DNA of 64,000 nucleotides from Spirochaetia bacterium (GTDB taxonomy: Bacteria; Spirochaetota; Spirochaetia; CADAEX01), in assembly GCA_963662795.1 (NCBI GenBank), contig OY759746.1, positions 864,001 to 928,000 on the forward strand. The letters run 5' to 3'. Of this stretch, positions 30,627 through 41,207 are shown piece after piece (the stretch's first letter is position 1; every line of letters starts with the position of its first letter). Position numbers and translations under genes: made by a program. Below the pieces are notes generated by a model that did not search any database, was not told where the DNA came from, and saw nothing but the letters and a program-made list of their open reading frames with translations.

Positions 30627-31493
30627 TTATTTCTTCAGTCGAGGATCAAGACAATCACGAAGTCCATCCCCCACAACATTCAGGCTGTAAACAACCGCCA
30701 TGATTGCCAGTCCGGGAATCACTGTCAAATACCATTGTGTACGGATAAACATACGCCCGGCCGACAACATTGCACCCCATTCAGGTTCTGGAGGCTGAAT
30801 TCCAAATCCGAGAAAACTGAGAGCGGAAACTGCGATTATCGCTCCGGCCATGCTCAGAGTAGCTTGTACAATTAACGGTGCCAGCGAATTAGGAAGAATG
30901 TGATTTATTATGATTCTAACATCATTAGCGCCAATAGCGCGTGCCGCTTCTATAAACTCCTGTTCCTTGGTTGTCAAAACAGATGCTCTTACTACGCGAG
31001 CAAATTTTGGCGTTGATGACAAACCGACTGCAAGCATCAGATTAAACAATCCTGGCCCCAACGCTGTAATGATACATATAGCCAGCAGCATCTGAGGAAT
31101 TGCCATGAACAAGTCCATCGTCCGCATAATGATATTATCCAGCTTCCGATAATAAGCTGCAAGTACGCCTAACAGGAGGCCAAATAGGACGGAAATGCCT
31201 ACCGCAAAAAATCCTATCATAAGCGAATAGCGGCTACCGTAAATAAGCCTACTCAGTACGTCTCTGCCAAGATTATCTGTGCCGAAAATAAAGTCGTTGG
31301 ACGGAAACATCATTGCTCTGCTGGCATCTTGATCATCATATCCGTAAGGTGCAATTACTTTTGCAAAAATAGCAATTAAGACAAATATGCCCAAAATTAC
31401 AAGTCCGAACATAGCTAACTTATTCTTTTTAAAGCGACGCCAAATCTCATAAAACATTCTCACATGTTCAATCCGATTTTTATTCTTAACCAT
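30627..31493 (-). CDS. Peptide ABC permease (OppC/DppC-like)
   Basis: FGTDNLGRD, EFIEAARAIGA, PEWGAML. TAATG coupling with the upstream gene. Confidence 0.92.
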   Translation of the reverse strand: MVKNKNRIEHVRMFYEIWRRFKKNKLAMFGLVILGIFVLIAIFAKVIAPYGYDDQDASRAMMFPSNDFIFGTDNLGRDVLSRLIYGSRYSLMIGFFAVGISVLFGLLLGVLAAYYRKLDNIIMRTMDLFMAIPQMLLAICIITALGPGLFNLMLAVGLSSTPKFARVVRASVLTTKEQEFIEAARAIGANDVRIIINHILPNSLAPLIVQATLSMAGAIIAVSALSFLGFGIQPPEPEWGAMLSAGRMFIRTQWYLTVIPGLAIMAVVYSLNVVGDGLRDCLDPRLKK

Positions 31494-32467
31494 TACTTTG
31501 TTACCTCGCACTTTTTTTGACTTTTCCGGTTTCTCTTATTTTCATACAGGGTTTTCATTCTCGGATCAATATAAGAATATATGAGATCAACAAGTAAAGT
31601 CAAAATAGCAGAAACAAATGCGATGAGAAGAACACATCCCTGTACCGCAGCATAGTCTCTGCCGTTGATAGAATCCACAAGATATTTTCCGACGCCTGCA
31701 ATTGAGAAGATCACTTCGGTGATTATAGAACCAGCAAGCAATACGTTCAGTTGTAGACCGATAACCGTGATGATTGGAATCATCGCATTTCTTAACGCAT
31801 GCTTGATTACTATAACATGGTAAGTTTGGCCCTTTGCTTTAGCTGTCCTGATGTAGTCCTGACGAAGGACTTCAAGCATACAGGACCGAGTTGTCCGCAT
31901 GATCGTTGCAGAGGAGTTTACACCCAGTGCGATAACCGGCATAATCATCTGCTTCCATGAATTACCGTAGCCTGATGCAGGCAACCAGTGCAACACGACC
32001 GAAAAAATCAATATCAGCATGAGACCCTGCCAGAACATCGGCATTGATACACCAAACAGTGCACCGCCGGTAGCAAGCGTATCCCAGACTGTATTCCGCT
32101 TCAGTGCAGAAATAATACCGAACAGGAGGCCAAGAAAAATTCCAAGCACAATACTCCAGGTGGAAATATTCAGAGTAACGAGAAAACGGGAAGCCAATTC
32201 TATTATAACAGGCGTTCGCGAACGATAAGACAAGCCAAGGTCACCCTGAGAGATATTGATCAGATATGTACCTAATCGTTCAATAAATGATCCACTGATG
32301 CCCAAATCAGTTCGGTAAGCTTCAAGCGCCTCCCGTGTAGCCCCATCCCCAAGAGCCAAAAGCGCAGGATCGCCCGGTGCAAAATACAAAATCGTAAAAA
32401 CCACTATTGAGACGCCATACAAAATAGGGATTATCCACAAGAGCCGTTTCAGAATATATGATAACAA
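31493..32467 (-). CDS. Peptide ABC permease (OppB/DppB-like)
   Basis: PGDPA, GDLGLSY, DYIRTAKAKG, HALRNA. Confidence 0.92.
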   Translation of the reverse strand: MLSYILKRLLWIIPILYGVSIVVFTILYFAPGDPALLALGDGATREALEAYRTDLGISGSFIERLGTYLINISQGDLGLSYRSRTPVIIELASRFLVTLNISTWSIVLGIFLGLLFGIISALKRNTVWDTLATGGALFGVSMPMFWQGLMLILIFSVVLHWLPASGYGNSWKQMIMPVIALGVNSSATIMRTTRSCMLEVLRQDYIRTAKAKGQTYHVIVIKHALRNAMIPIITVIGLQLNVLLAGSIITEVIFSIAGVGKYLVDSINGRDYAAVQGCVLLIAFVSAILTLLVDLIYSYIDPRMKTLYENKRNRKSQKKCEVTK

Positions 32468-32628
32468 TTATATCACTCCTCTCCTATCAGCAAAATGCGA
32501 CAACTATCATTTTAACATAGCTGTGATTCGCCAACAATTTCTTGTTGCTTTAATTTTTAAAATCAAGGGCAGATAAAAAACCCATATCCGCCCTCGACTA
32601 ATTTTTTACTTAGTTCATAAATTTCAGG

Positions 32629-34161
32629 TTATTTATAGTAGCAGTACTTTAGCAATGGAGACTGATATGCTCCATTGCGGAAATTCTGAAGATTATTCAC
32701 ATGAACATAAATATCTTCCTGTTGATAAATAGGGATGATTGCCACTTCTTCAAGTGCCAGCATTTGGATTTTTTTATTCAGTTCTGCGCGTTTTACAGGA
32801 TCGCCCTCTTTTGCAGCTTTCTCTATGAGTATGTCCATTTCGGGATTACTGTAGCCCGCGAGGTTACGCTGAGAGGTATCCTTACTCCAGAAGAAACGGT
32901 TTGCGAAGTCGATATCTCCATTCGTTGCCGCAATACCCCAAGTATAAAGGTCAAATTTCTTTTCGACTTTTATAGCCTGAGCATTTGTAGCACCGTCAAG
33001 AGAAATTATTGAAGCGTTGATGCCTACCTTTTTGAGCGAATTGGAAAAAAATTCACCGTAGGTCATGCGAACCGATTGGTTGCCAACGTGATACGTGCAG
33101 TTAAATCCATCCGGATAACCAGCTTCAGCCAGCAGTTTCTTGGCTTTCTCAAGATTATACTCGTACATCGGATACTTGACCTGTCCGGCGATGGAATCCT
33201 TGATATTGTCAGGCAGAAGGCCAATCGCCGGACGGCCGACACCATTCATGGCAACCTTCCACCCACCATTGATGTCGAGGCAGTGTGCTATCGCTTTACG
33301 GACACGGACATCGTTGAACGGCGCCTTCCTCTGGTTAAAGCTAAAGTAAGCGTTATCATTTGTATAAAAACGATCCAAAGTCACATTGGAATTGGCTGCC
33401 GCAGCCGGGATATCAACACCGGAGACATCATATGCCATATCGGCACCGCCGGTCTCAACTTCGATATAGCGGTTACCGTCCTCAGCAATAACCTTGAAAA
33501 TAATATTTTTAATCTTAGGTTGCTCTTTAACATGATATTGATCAAATGCGACCAGATTTACATGATCACCCTGAACCCATTCACCCCACAGATATGGGCC
33601 GGTGCCTATATCCATCTTAGACCAATCGCCTTTATTGTCCTTATAGCCCTTCTGGCTGAACATCGCGCATGGCGGATGGGATAGGTTAGCAATAACAGGC
33701 ATGTATATTTCTTCCATGACTATCTCGAATGTGTAATCATCAATTACCTTACTTTTTTTAAGATTCATAAAATCAGTCACGTTACGATTTGAGCCCTCAC
33801 GCAAAATACCTAGCGAGAACAGGCAATCGCTTGCTTTGAGCTCTTCCCCGTTATGCGTCATAACACCCTGTTTTATCCTGACGGTAAGCGTCATATAGTC
33901 GTCAGACCATTTCCAGCTTTCTGCTAGTAACGGCTTAAACTCATTTTCTGCTGTACGCTCAATCAGAGTCTCATAAACCTGGGCTTTGATCTTGACTGTA
34001 GCATTAGTTGTAATGCCAGAAGGATTCATGTCGCCCATGTCCTCCCTATGTGCGATAACCAATGTGTCATTGATCCTTTTAGCCTCTTTTTTTCCGCCAG
34101 CAAATACGATTGCGGTAATGCAAAAGACTAAAATAATTGTGAACAACACTCTCTTTTTCAT
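32629..34161 (-). CDS. Peptide/nickel/opine ABC substrate-binding protein (SBP family 5)
   Basis: VYETL..PLLAESW, GTGPY, PFNDVRVRKAI, KAKKLLAEAGYPDG. GGAGG RBS. Confidence 0.92.
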   Translation of the reverse strand: MKKRVLFTIILVFCITAIVFAGGKKEAKRINDTLVIAHREDMGDMNPSGITTNATVKIKAQVYETLIERTAENEFKPLLAESWKWSDDYMTLTVRIKQGVMTHNGEELKASDCLFSLGILREGSNRNVTDFMNLKKSKVIDDYTFEIVMEEIYMPVIANLSHPPCAMFSQKGYKDNKGDWSKMDIGTGPYLWGEWVQGDHVNLVAFDQYHVKEQPKIKNIIFKVIAEDGNRYIEVETGGADMAYDVSGVDIPAAAANSNVTLDRFYTNDNAYFSFNQRKAPFNDVRVRKAIAHCLDINGGWKVAMNGVGRPAIGLLPDNIKDSIAGQVKYPMYEYNLEKAKKLLAEAGYPDGFNCTYHVGNQSVRMTYGEFFSNSLKKVGINASIISLDGATNAQAIKVEKKFDLYTWGIAATNGDIDFANRFFWSKDTSQRNLAGYSNPEMDILIEKAAKEGDPVKRAELNKKIQMLALEEVAIIPIYQQEDIYVHVNNLQNFRNGAYQSPLLKYCYYK

Positions 34162-34770
34162 TTACTCCTCCTAAAATAATAGTAGTTTTTAAAAATATCC
34201 TGCATTTATAGATTTACAGAATATTTTGTGAAACAATCTAATCTGTACTTCTACCCCTGTACCGGGTTTTTCTACAGATCTTACTTAAGAAATATAATCT
34301 TTTCCGTATACAATGCCCGCAATTCAGATAAAGGCGGTAAATATTAGGTGTTTCAATTTCGAAGATCGATCCAAATGAATAAAGTGGAACTAAACAAGAT
34401 AGAATATACTCATTTACAAACCTGTGATTACAGTCCTGTAAAGATTTCACTCTGACATACAGTTTGTTATTTTAAGAACAGCAAAAAAGACGTCTCCTTC
34501 AAATTCACATACCATTGTTAATGTTTTTAACAATGTCTTAAATGGAAATCATACCTATCCACAATTTTCATGTTCTCTTCATAAGCATTCTCTATAATTA
34601 TTGCACTGTTTACTTTTGATCCTCCTTTATAATAATTAAACGTTTAATTTGTATTGATTCCATTCATATAAAACACCAATTTCAGAGTGGACATATTTGA
34701 TGCTTTTTCGTATCATCCATAACATTGAAAATAATTTACCTCCTGTTTTCCAGTAATAGCACGCTTAAAA

Positions 34771-35853
34771 TTACATAACCATCTGATGAATCTCTTCGAG
34801 TGTCTTGTCTGTAAAACCAAGTTTTTCAGCAGTTCTCCCCTCTTTACGGAAATCGCGACCGCAGACAACACTTGCAATATCAACAAAAGTATCCATCATG
34901 GGCGTGGCAATATCGAGATATTTACCAACTGATGTCAGTGGTACCAGGCCAGAATATGTATCCTCGACAATGAAGCGATGCGTAAGCATCTTGGGGCTAT
35001 TGAGTCCACGGTACGCTTCGTTATGCTGCAGTAAATCGTACAGATCATTTTGCTCGAGTTTGTAAATGACTTTGAGTGATTCTACCAGCGTGGAAGCGTT
35101 GACACCCATCGCCTTGCATACTATTACGCGTTCTTTGTCGGCAGCGGAAATGATTTTAGCTATACTTTGTGTAATCCCTTCCATGTAGTAATCATAATTC
35201 TGACCGGTATCAAGCTTGTTTAGGTTCATAATGCTGGGAATGGGATGCAACATTGCACCGCCGCCGCGGAAACTGGTTTCCAGAACAGATTCCACCGGAG
35301 TTAAGTTAAGAAAGATGGGACCTAGTACATCCATCAAGCGTCCAATGTCACTGCCGGGCAGCGTTGCAATCGAAGTCGTTGCCTTGATTCCGCTTTGAAA
35401 GGTTACGCCGGTTTCATAGCTACGGCAGGCATACATCAAGTCTCCAGCTTCAGCAATGATTACATCTGCCTTGCTGCTTTTGCCGCCTCGAATTACGTTT
35501 GCAACTTCCAGCGCACCACCACAATGTCCAGGATTCAATACAATAATTTGTCCGTCCCGAAGATAAGGCAGACACTTCTTGGCAATACTTCTGTGTGCAT
35601 CAGTAGTAGAAACGATCATAATGATGTCAATATCGGTCATTGCTTTGGAAATATCGTCCGTGATTAGTTCAGGCATTTCTTCACATTCGAACAATCCAGT
35701 AACAGTGATTTTGCCGCGCTCGTTCAGACATTTAATTTTTTCTTTATCGATATCATAGAGTTTTACGCTGTGCTTTTTTCCCGTCAAAACAGCCGCCATA
35801 GTCTGGCCACCCGCACCGGCTCCAATAATGGCAAATTTCATTTTTGATTCCAT
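34771..35853 (-). CDS. NAD(P)-dependent opine (octopine/nopaline/CENDH-type) dehydrogenase (island 1)
   Basis: IIGAGAGG Rossmann motif, LNPGHCGGALE, YACR, MLHP, YYMEGIT, D.ER, HRFIVED..GLVP, EGRT.EKLG. Confidence 0.9.
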   Translation of the reverse strand: MESKMKFAIIGAGAGGQTMAAVLTGKKHSVKLYDIDKEKIKCLNERGKITVTGLFECEEMPELITDDISKAMTDIDIIMIVSTTDAHRSIAKKCLPYLRDGQIIVLNPGHCGGALEVANVIRGGKSSKADVIIAEAGDLMYACRSYETGVTFQSGIKATTSIATLPGSDIGRLMDVLGPIFLNLTPVESVLETSFRGGGAMLHPIPSIMNLNKLDTGQNYDYYMEGITQSIAKIISAADKERVIVCKAMGVNASTLVESLKVIYKLEQNDLYDLLQHNEAYRGLNSPKMLTHRFIVEDTYSGLVPLTSVGKYLDIATPMMDTFVDIASVVCGRDFRKEGRTAEKLGFTDKTLEEIHQMVM

Positions 35854-35859
35854 AACAAT

Positions 35860-35931
35860 ATCTTATTACGCTTTTTTCTATTTGTCAACTTTTTCCGAAT
35901 GTTGTTCGCTATTTTTTTTGAACGCCGTTCT
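35860..35931. promoter_or_regulatory. Sigma70 promoter for the odh operon (minus strand) plus paired operator
   Basis: Minus strand TTGACA (35888-83)-N17-TAAGAT (35865-60). Operator-like CGAATGTTGTTCG (35896-35908) and TGAACGCCGTTCT (35919-35931). Confidence 0.65.
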
Positions 35932-35990
35932 ATTTTAAAAGACTTTTATAAATTATAATAATAAGATTTGTATAAAATCGGGAGAATTTA

Positions 35991-36566
35991 ATGAATATAA
36001 TTTCGATGAATCCTGATACTTCATCATTGAAGCTGGCTGTTTTAGATGAAAATCAAAACATCTTAGAATCATCAAATGAGAAATATTCCTACAACATTCC
36101 TGAGCCCTATTTGTGAAAATTGATCCTAACCATATTATCACTGCATTAATTAAAACATTGAAAAATATCACAATTGATTTAGATACAATTGAAGGGAGTT
36201 GCTATGACACTTTCCCGCCTTCTATAGTTTTCATGAATTCTAATGGTAAACCATTATATCCTATTATTACTCACCTTGATCGCAGGAGTAAACAAGAAAG
36301 CAACTATATTTGTAATAAAATTGGGGTTAACTCTTTCTTAAAATAACGGGAATTTTACCTTTTTCCGGGGCTGCATCAATAGTTTCATTTTATGGATAAA
36401 AAATCATTATCCGGATATTTATAATAAAAGTCATTTTTTTGGACATTTAAGCACTTATATTCACCATTTTTTCACTGGTCTTTGGAGCACAAATACTGTA
36501 AACACATCAATGACATGAATGCATAATACAATTATCAAAACTGGATGGGCCGATGATCTTCTTAAG
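35991..36566 (+). pseudogene. FGGY carbohydrate kinase pseudogene, truncated by IS
   Basis: MNIISMNPDTSSLKLAVLD, CYDTFPPSIVFM..YPIITHLDRRS and GWADDLLK match the intact kinase at 48170. Several frameshifts and stops. Homology ends at the IS inverted repeat. Confidence 0.9.
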
Positions 36567-36573
36567 GACGGAA

Positions 36574-38165
36574 TATATCAACATAGTTGTCAGTAGTTCT
36601 TTGAAATATGTTATGCTGCATTTTGCTTTCTTGTGTCGGCAGACGGATTGAGATAGAAAACAATTTAATTTTCCCACACAGCTGGCTTTCTACACCATCT
36701 TTCAGGATTTCTGCTGTAAGCGGCTGCAAGTGTCTGATTTCTTTTAAGTATTATTTCTTCCCCGATTCCTGAATGCCTTGGATTTGGAGTTATGTAGTTT
36801 ATTCCACTGTGCCGGTGCTGCTCGTTATACCAGCCTATGAAATCTACCATCCAATTTCTTGAGTGAAAAAGATCTTTAAAATATTTCAAAAATCCAGCTG
36901 CATATTTTAATGTTTTAAAAAGTGATTCTGAATATGGATTATCATCACTGATACGAGGCCTTGAAAAAGAAGGGATTACGCCCAGATTATATAATATCAT
37001 CATCATGGTTGCACCTTTCATGGGATTCCCATTATCAGAATGAAGTTTTACTCCTGAAAGATTATATCTTGATTTTAATTTTTAAATAATTCAGCAGCTA
37101 TTATATCAGATTCTTCTTAGTGAATTTCCCAGCCAACAATTTTACGGCTCCAAACATCCACAATTACATATGCATAAAATAAATTCCTTTAGTCCCTGTT
37201 TTAAGCCAGGTTATATCCCACCTCCAAACCTGGTCAGGACCAGTTACGACAAGTTCTGTAGGCGGATTTGATTTTTTCCTTGCATGTCTTTTTTTCTATG
37301 ATAAAGCATCTCTTTTTCACGTAGAACACGATAAAATGTACTTGGACTTGCAATATATTTTTTCCCTCAAGGAGAATTGCTGTAATTTTATAAGGATTAC
37401 AGTCAACAAAACGCTTGCTGCAGAAAATCTCAATTATTTCCTGTTTTTCTTCATCCAGCAGTTTTTTAGATATTCTTTTTCTGCTCCTTTACGGAAATTT
37501 CCATGAGAATTATTTTTCGACAGGTAATAGGTACTATCTGTTATTTCAAGAACCGCACAGGCTTTATGGCTTCTTGCTTCTTCTGTTACTGCTTAATATA
37601 TCAGCATTACAGCAATCCTTCTCTCTGATACTGGAATCAGTCGTCTTCTTCCCCCCAGATAGCACCTGCTTTTTTTTAAGGGTCATTAAGGCTGCCATTT
37701 CAACAAGTGCTTTTTCCTTCCGGTTAAGCCCTTTTTCAAGTGCTTTAATTTTCTTTTTTTGATCCTGAATAATTTTTTTATCTTTTTGACTGTTATCGGT
37801 CAAGACTTCTCTCAGCTCCTGTTTCCATAATGTAAGATGTTCACTATGAAGTCCGTTTTGCCGCAGTCACTGACCCAAGTTCATCATCACCGAGTTTTTT
37901 GCTTTCTAATATCAGGGCCATTTTTTCGGAAGGACTTCTTCGCAAAGGAGAGATTTCCACTTCTTCAGGATCAAGAGTACAAGCTTTTAATTTAAATATC
38001 CGGTTTCTTTTTGTCTGCTTGCTTACGCCGGGTTCTTTACTTGCTTTGCTTATGCTTTTGTTTCCAGGCGGCAATACCCGTCTTAATATACTGTTTCGGA
38101 AACCTGTGCTGTACTTCATTATAGTTATCTCCTGTAAAATATTTACTGACAACTATCTTGATACA
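36574..38165 (-). mobile_element. Degenerate IS3-family insertion sequence (about 1.6 kb)
   Basis: Terminal IRs TATATCAACATAGTTGTCAGTA and TGTATCAAGATAGTTGTCAGTA (20/22). orfA fragments (..RKEKALVEMAALMTLKKK). Integrase-core fragments GPDQVWRWDITW, HSDNG, SRPRISDDNPYSESLFKTLKY, WYNEQHRHSGI. Multiple frameshifts and stops. Confidence 0.9.
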
Positions 38166-38309
38166 TAGGGCCCAGTATCATCCATGTTTTTCAGTTGGAA
38201 CCATTCTTATCCGAAAAGGCCATTTTGCCGATTTTTGAGTCTGATTTCCCAATTTTTCCAGTAATTAGATCTTGCGCCCCTAGATTATTTTTCCTACCAT
38301 TCATTTGGC

Positions 38310-38387
38310 AAACTTCCTGATTTGATAAATTAGTATAATCAAACTATAATTATAATTATGATTTATTCCTTCCTGACAGACAGGGGA
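38310..38387 (+). repeat. Direct repeat A, copy 2 (78 bp), right boundary of island 1, carries the PP2C promoter
   Basis: Match to 24549-24626. TTGATA (38322)-N17-TATAAT (38345)-N7-ATG (38358). Confidence 0.95.
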
Positions 38388-39122
38388 AAAATCAGAACCG
38401 GGAATGAAGATTTTATTGCCCTGCCTGGAAAAAGCTCAATCTCAGATGACATAAAATACGACACTGATAATCTCGGATGGCTTTTTGTCCTGTGCGACGG
38501 GATGGGAGGAGCCAACGCAGGGGAAGTGGCAAGCAGCATGGCAGGCGCAATGCTGATGAAAGAATACTACAGCCTTGACAGGAAACCTGATGATCCCGGA
38601 TTTTTCCTGACAGAGAAAATCCTTGAAATAAATTACAGAATATTAAGGTGGAGTTTAAAAGTTCCGGATTATTACGGGATGGGAACAACACTGGTCTCAC
38701 TATTGATTGACGGCAAAACAGCCTGTATTAACTCCGTAGGCGACAGCCGTATTTACAGATTGAGAAGCGGTTCGCTCGAACAGATTACAGAAGACCAGTC
38801 TCTTGTATGGGAATACTACAGGTCCGGGAAAATGACAAAAGAGGAGATAAGAAAGCACCCCAGAAACAATATTCTTACCTGCGCGCTGGGAACAGACACG
38901 GACATGCTGCTGAGCAGCATAGAAAGCTACAGGCTTGATGTTGAAGATAATGATCAGTTTCTTCTCTGCAGCGATGGGCTAAGCGATATGTTAAGCGACT
39001 GGGAAATGGAAGAAATCCTTGTGATGGATGAGTCTGCCGATCATGTCACGGACAGGCTTCTTGCAGAGGCGATGAAAAGCGGCGGCAGGGATAATATTTC
39101 GTTAATACTTGTTCGAAGCTGA
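38358..39122 (+). CDS. PP2C-type Ser/Thr protein phosphatase (Stp1/PrpC-like)
   Basis: G.IR..NED, LCDGMGG..AGEVAS, GMGTT, VGDSR.Y, QITEDQS, LLCSDGL, GGRDNIS. Confidence 0.93.
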   Translation: MIYSFLTDRGKIRTGNEDFIALPGKSSISDDIKYDTDNLGWLFVLCDGMGGANAGEVASSMAGAMLMKEYYSLDRKPDDPGFFLTEKILEINYRILRWSLKVPDYYGMGTTLVSLLIDGKTACINSVGDSRIYRLRSGSLEQITEDQSLVWEYYRSGKMTKEEIRKHPRNNILTCALGTDTDMLLSSIESYRLDVEDNDQFLLCSDGLSDMLSDWEMEEILVMDESADHVTDRLLAEAMKSGGRDNISLILVRS

Positions 39123-39246
39123 CTTTTTATAATTTAAGCAAAACAGAAAACTATACTCAAACCGGTAAAACAGGCTACAATCAGGTTAATAAAAGTATGC
39201 GGAATGAGATTATTAAATATACCGTACTCCGGGAGTCAGACAGGAA

Positions 39247-40452
39247 ATGAAAAAACTAACTGAAAGTATTGAATCAAAACATTTTTACTCATTCATGGTA
39301 AGCATGTTTTTATTCGGAAGCGCTCTGGGACTCTTTAACGGTGTTTTCAACAATTACCTTGCAGAGATACTTCTTATTGACCGGTTTGAGCGTGGTGTTG
39401 TAGAATTTTTAAGGGAACTGCCGGGTTTTCTTCTTTTTCTGCTGCTTATCCCTTTTTACAGGTCAAGCGAAACCCGTATCATACAGATCGCGTTCCTCAT
39501 CAGTCTTGCGGGCCTTGCAGGTCTTGCAGCTAAATCTGATTTAAGATATTTAAGCATATTTTTTGTTGTGATGTGGAGTACAGGCGAGCACATGATAATG
39601 CCGCTCAGACAGTCGATAGCAATGCACAGCGCAAAACCCGGAAGAGAAGGGTTTGCACTGGGGCTTTCAGCCGGGGCAAAAAACTTCGGACAGGTAACAG
39701 GATATTACCTTGTTCCGTTATGCTTCATTGCCGGTGCAAAAATAATGAAATTCCGGCATTCACACATATTCAGGTTTGTATTCTTTTTATCAGCGTTCTT
39801 CCTTGTTCTGGCACTGATATCTACCCTCAGACTTGAAAAATCAGATAAAAAGGTTAAAAGGCAGAAAATCTATTTTCATAAAAAATTCACGAAATACTAT
39901 ATCCTTCAGATCTTTTTCGGAGCAAGGAAACAGGTCTTTCTCACTTTCGCGCCCTATGTGCTTATTCTTAAATATGGTGCAAGGACAGAGCTGATTGCAA
40001 TGCTTTACGGTATTTATTCGACACTCAACATATTTTTTAATCCGTTGGTCGGCAGGCTTATTGACAGGTTCGGGTATAAATTAATCCTTGTGGTGGATTC
40101 CGTTGTTCTCTTCACAGTCTGTATCGTCTACGGCTTTACACACCTCTTTTTCAGTAAAGAAACAGCATTCAGCATTATCTGTGTCGTCTTTGTAATAGAC
40201 GCGATGCTGTTCGCGGTTTCCATGGCAAGAACAGTCTATGTCGGCTCGCTCTCGGACTCAAGGGAAGAGGCTTCCGCCACAATATCTACAGGGATTTCGC
40301 TTGACCACCTTTTCAGCATTATAATTGCACTGCTTGGGGGCCTGCTTTGGGAGAAGATCGGGATGGAGCTTCTTTTCTCTGTCGCTGCATTCTTTGCTGT
40401 CGGGAGTTTTTTCTTTTCACTGTCACTTGAAAAACCGGATAAAAAAAAGTAA
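39247..40452 (+). CDS. MFS transporter
   Basis: About 12 TM helices, motif-A-like VGRLIDRFGYK. Confidence 0.85.
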   Translation: MKKLTESIESKHFYSFMVSMFLFGSALGLFNGVFNNYLAEILLIDRFERGVVEFLRELPGFLLFLLLIPFYRSSETRIIQIAFLISLAGLAGLAAKSDLRYLSIFFVVMWSTGEHMIMPLRQSIAMHSAKPGREGFALGLSAGAKNFGQVTGYYLVPLCFIAGAKIMKFRHSHIFRFVFFLSAFFLVLALISTLRLEKSDKKVKRQKIYFHKKFTKYYILQIFFGARKQVFLTFAPYVLILKYGARTELIAMLYGIYSTLNIFFNPLVGRLIDRFGYKLILVVDSVVLFTVCIVYGFTHLFFSKETAFSIICVVFVIDAMLFAVSMARTVYVGSLSDSREEASATISTGISLDHLFSIIIALLGGLLWEKIGMELLFSVAAFFAVGSFFFSLSLEKPDKKK

Positions 40453-40717
40453 CCTTCCATGTATAGTTTGTTATACGGCAAAGATCCTATATCACTGTAG
40501 AATGAACGAATTTAACTCCTGTTTATAAAATATTTTATTGTTCTGAAAATTATTTTTTAATAATTGTTTTGTAGCTTTGCAGGCATTTAAAAAAACTTCC
40601 ATTAATTCTTAAGTAATAATTATTCCGTTATTCATTTTCTAATTAGTTATCAACTACAGGTAAAAATATTAGATACTGATTTATTTTTATTCTGATATAC
40701 TATCAATTTTTATATGA

Positions 40718-40870
40718 GGTTCTGTAATTATTACAAGTAATCACTCGGTAAAAGTTTGGGTTAAAACATTCGCAAACCATCAAATGGCTACTACTGTTAT
40801 TTTAGACCGTCTGTTTCATCGGTCTCATATATTCAACACAGAAGATAACAGTTACAGGTTAAAGGATTTT
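40718..40870 (+). pseudogene. IS21-family helper ATPase (IstB) C-terminal remnant
   Basis: Hand translation GSVIITSNHSVKVWVKTFANHQMATTVILDRLFHRSHIFNTEDNSYRLKDF resembles the IstB C-terminus (IITSN..W...F....ATAILDRLLH....I.G.SYRLK). No start codon, stop upstream. Confidence 0.75.
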
Positions 40871-41207
40871 CAGCTCATGCAGCAAGGAGATAAGTCTGAA
40901 GAATCAGTGATTTTGAATTTGTAAAACAAAGCGGCGATCTTTTTCCAAAGGAAGATTCTTCTTGACATTTATGGCCATTTACACAAATTATATTACAGGG
41001 TCTCTGTAAATTAAACTGTTTAACTGCATAATTCCAAATAAGTCTCATAGAGGCAAAAGATATAGAATAAGCAGTATTATGATGGATCAAAAAATTTTTA
41101 AATGACTTCGATAATCAATCAGAGTTATTTAATCCAAACTGCTTAGAATCAACTGTCCACTCTTCAGTGTCAAATTCACCGGTAGCTATTGAGGTTTTTC
41201 TGAAATT

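Larger units (their letters stand above)
24627..38309. mobile_element. Genomic island 1 (about 13.7 kb) between 78-bp direct repeats, no integrase seen
   Basis: Flanking direct repeats, compositional shift, IS remnant, catabolic cargo. Confidence 0.75.

Noticed and set aside
34170-34765. 600-bp gap between odh and the SBP gene with two orphan GGAGG sequences and a 70-aa ORF (34238-34450)
   Set aside because: Possibly a decayed gene, but I could not recognise any protein family or RNA structure, so it is not reported as a feature.
38170-38300. Possible additional IS end (..CTAGGGGCGCAAGATC.. on the minus strand), and a similar candidate at about 25775-25800
   Set aside because: No partner inverted repeat or transposase fragment was identified.
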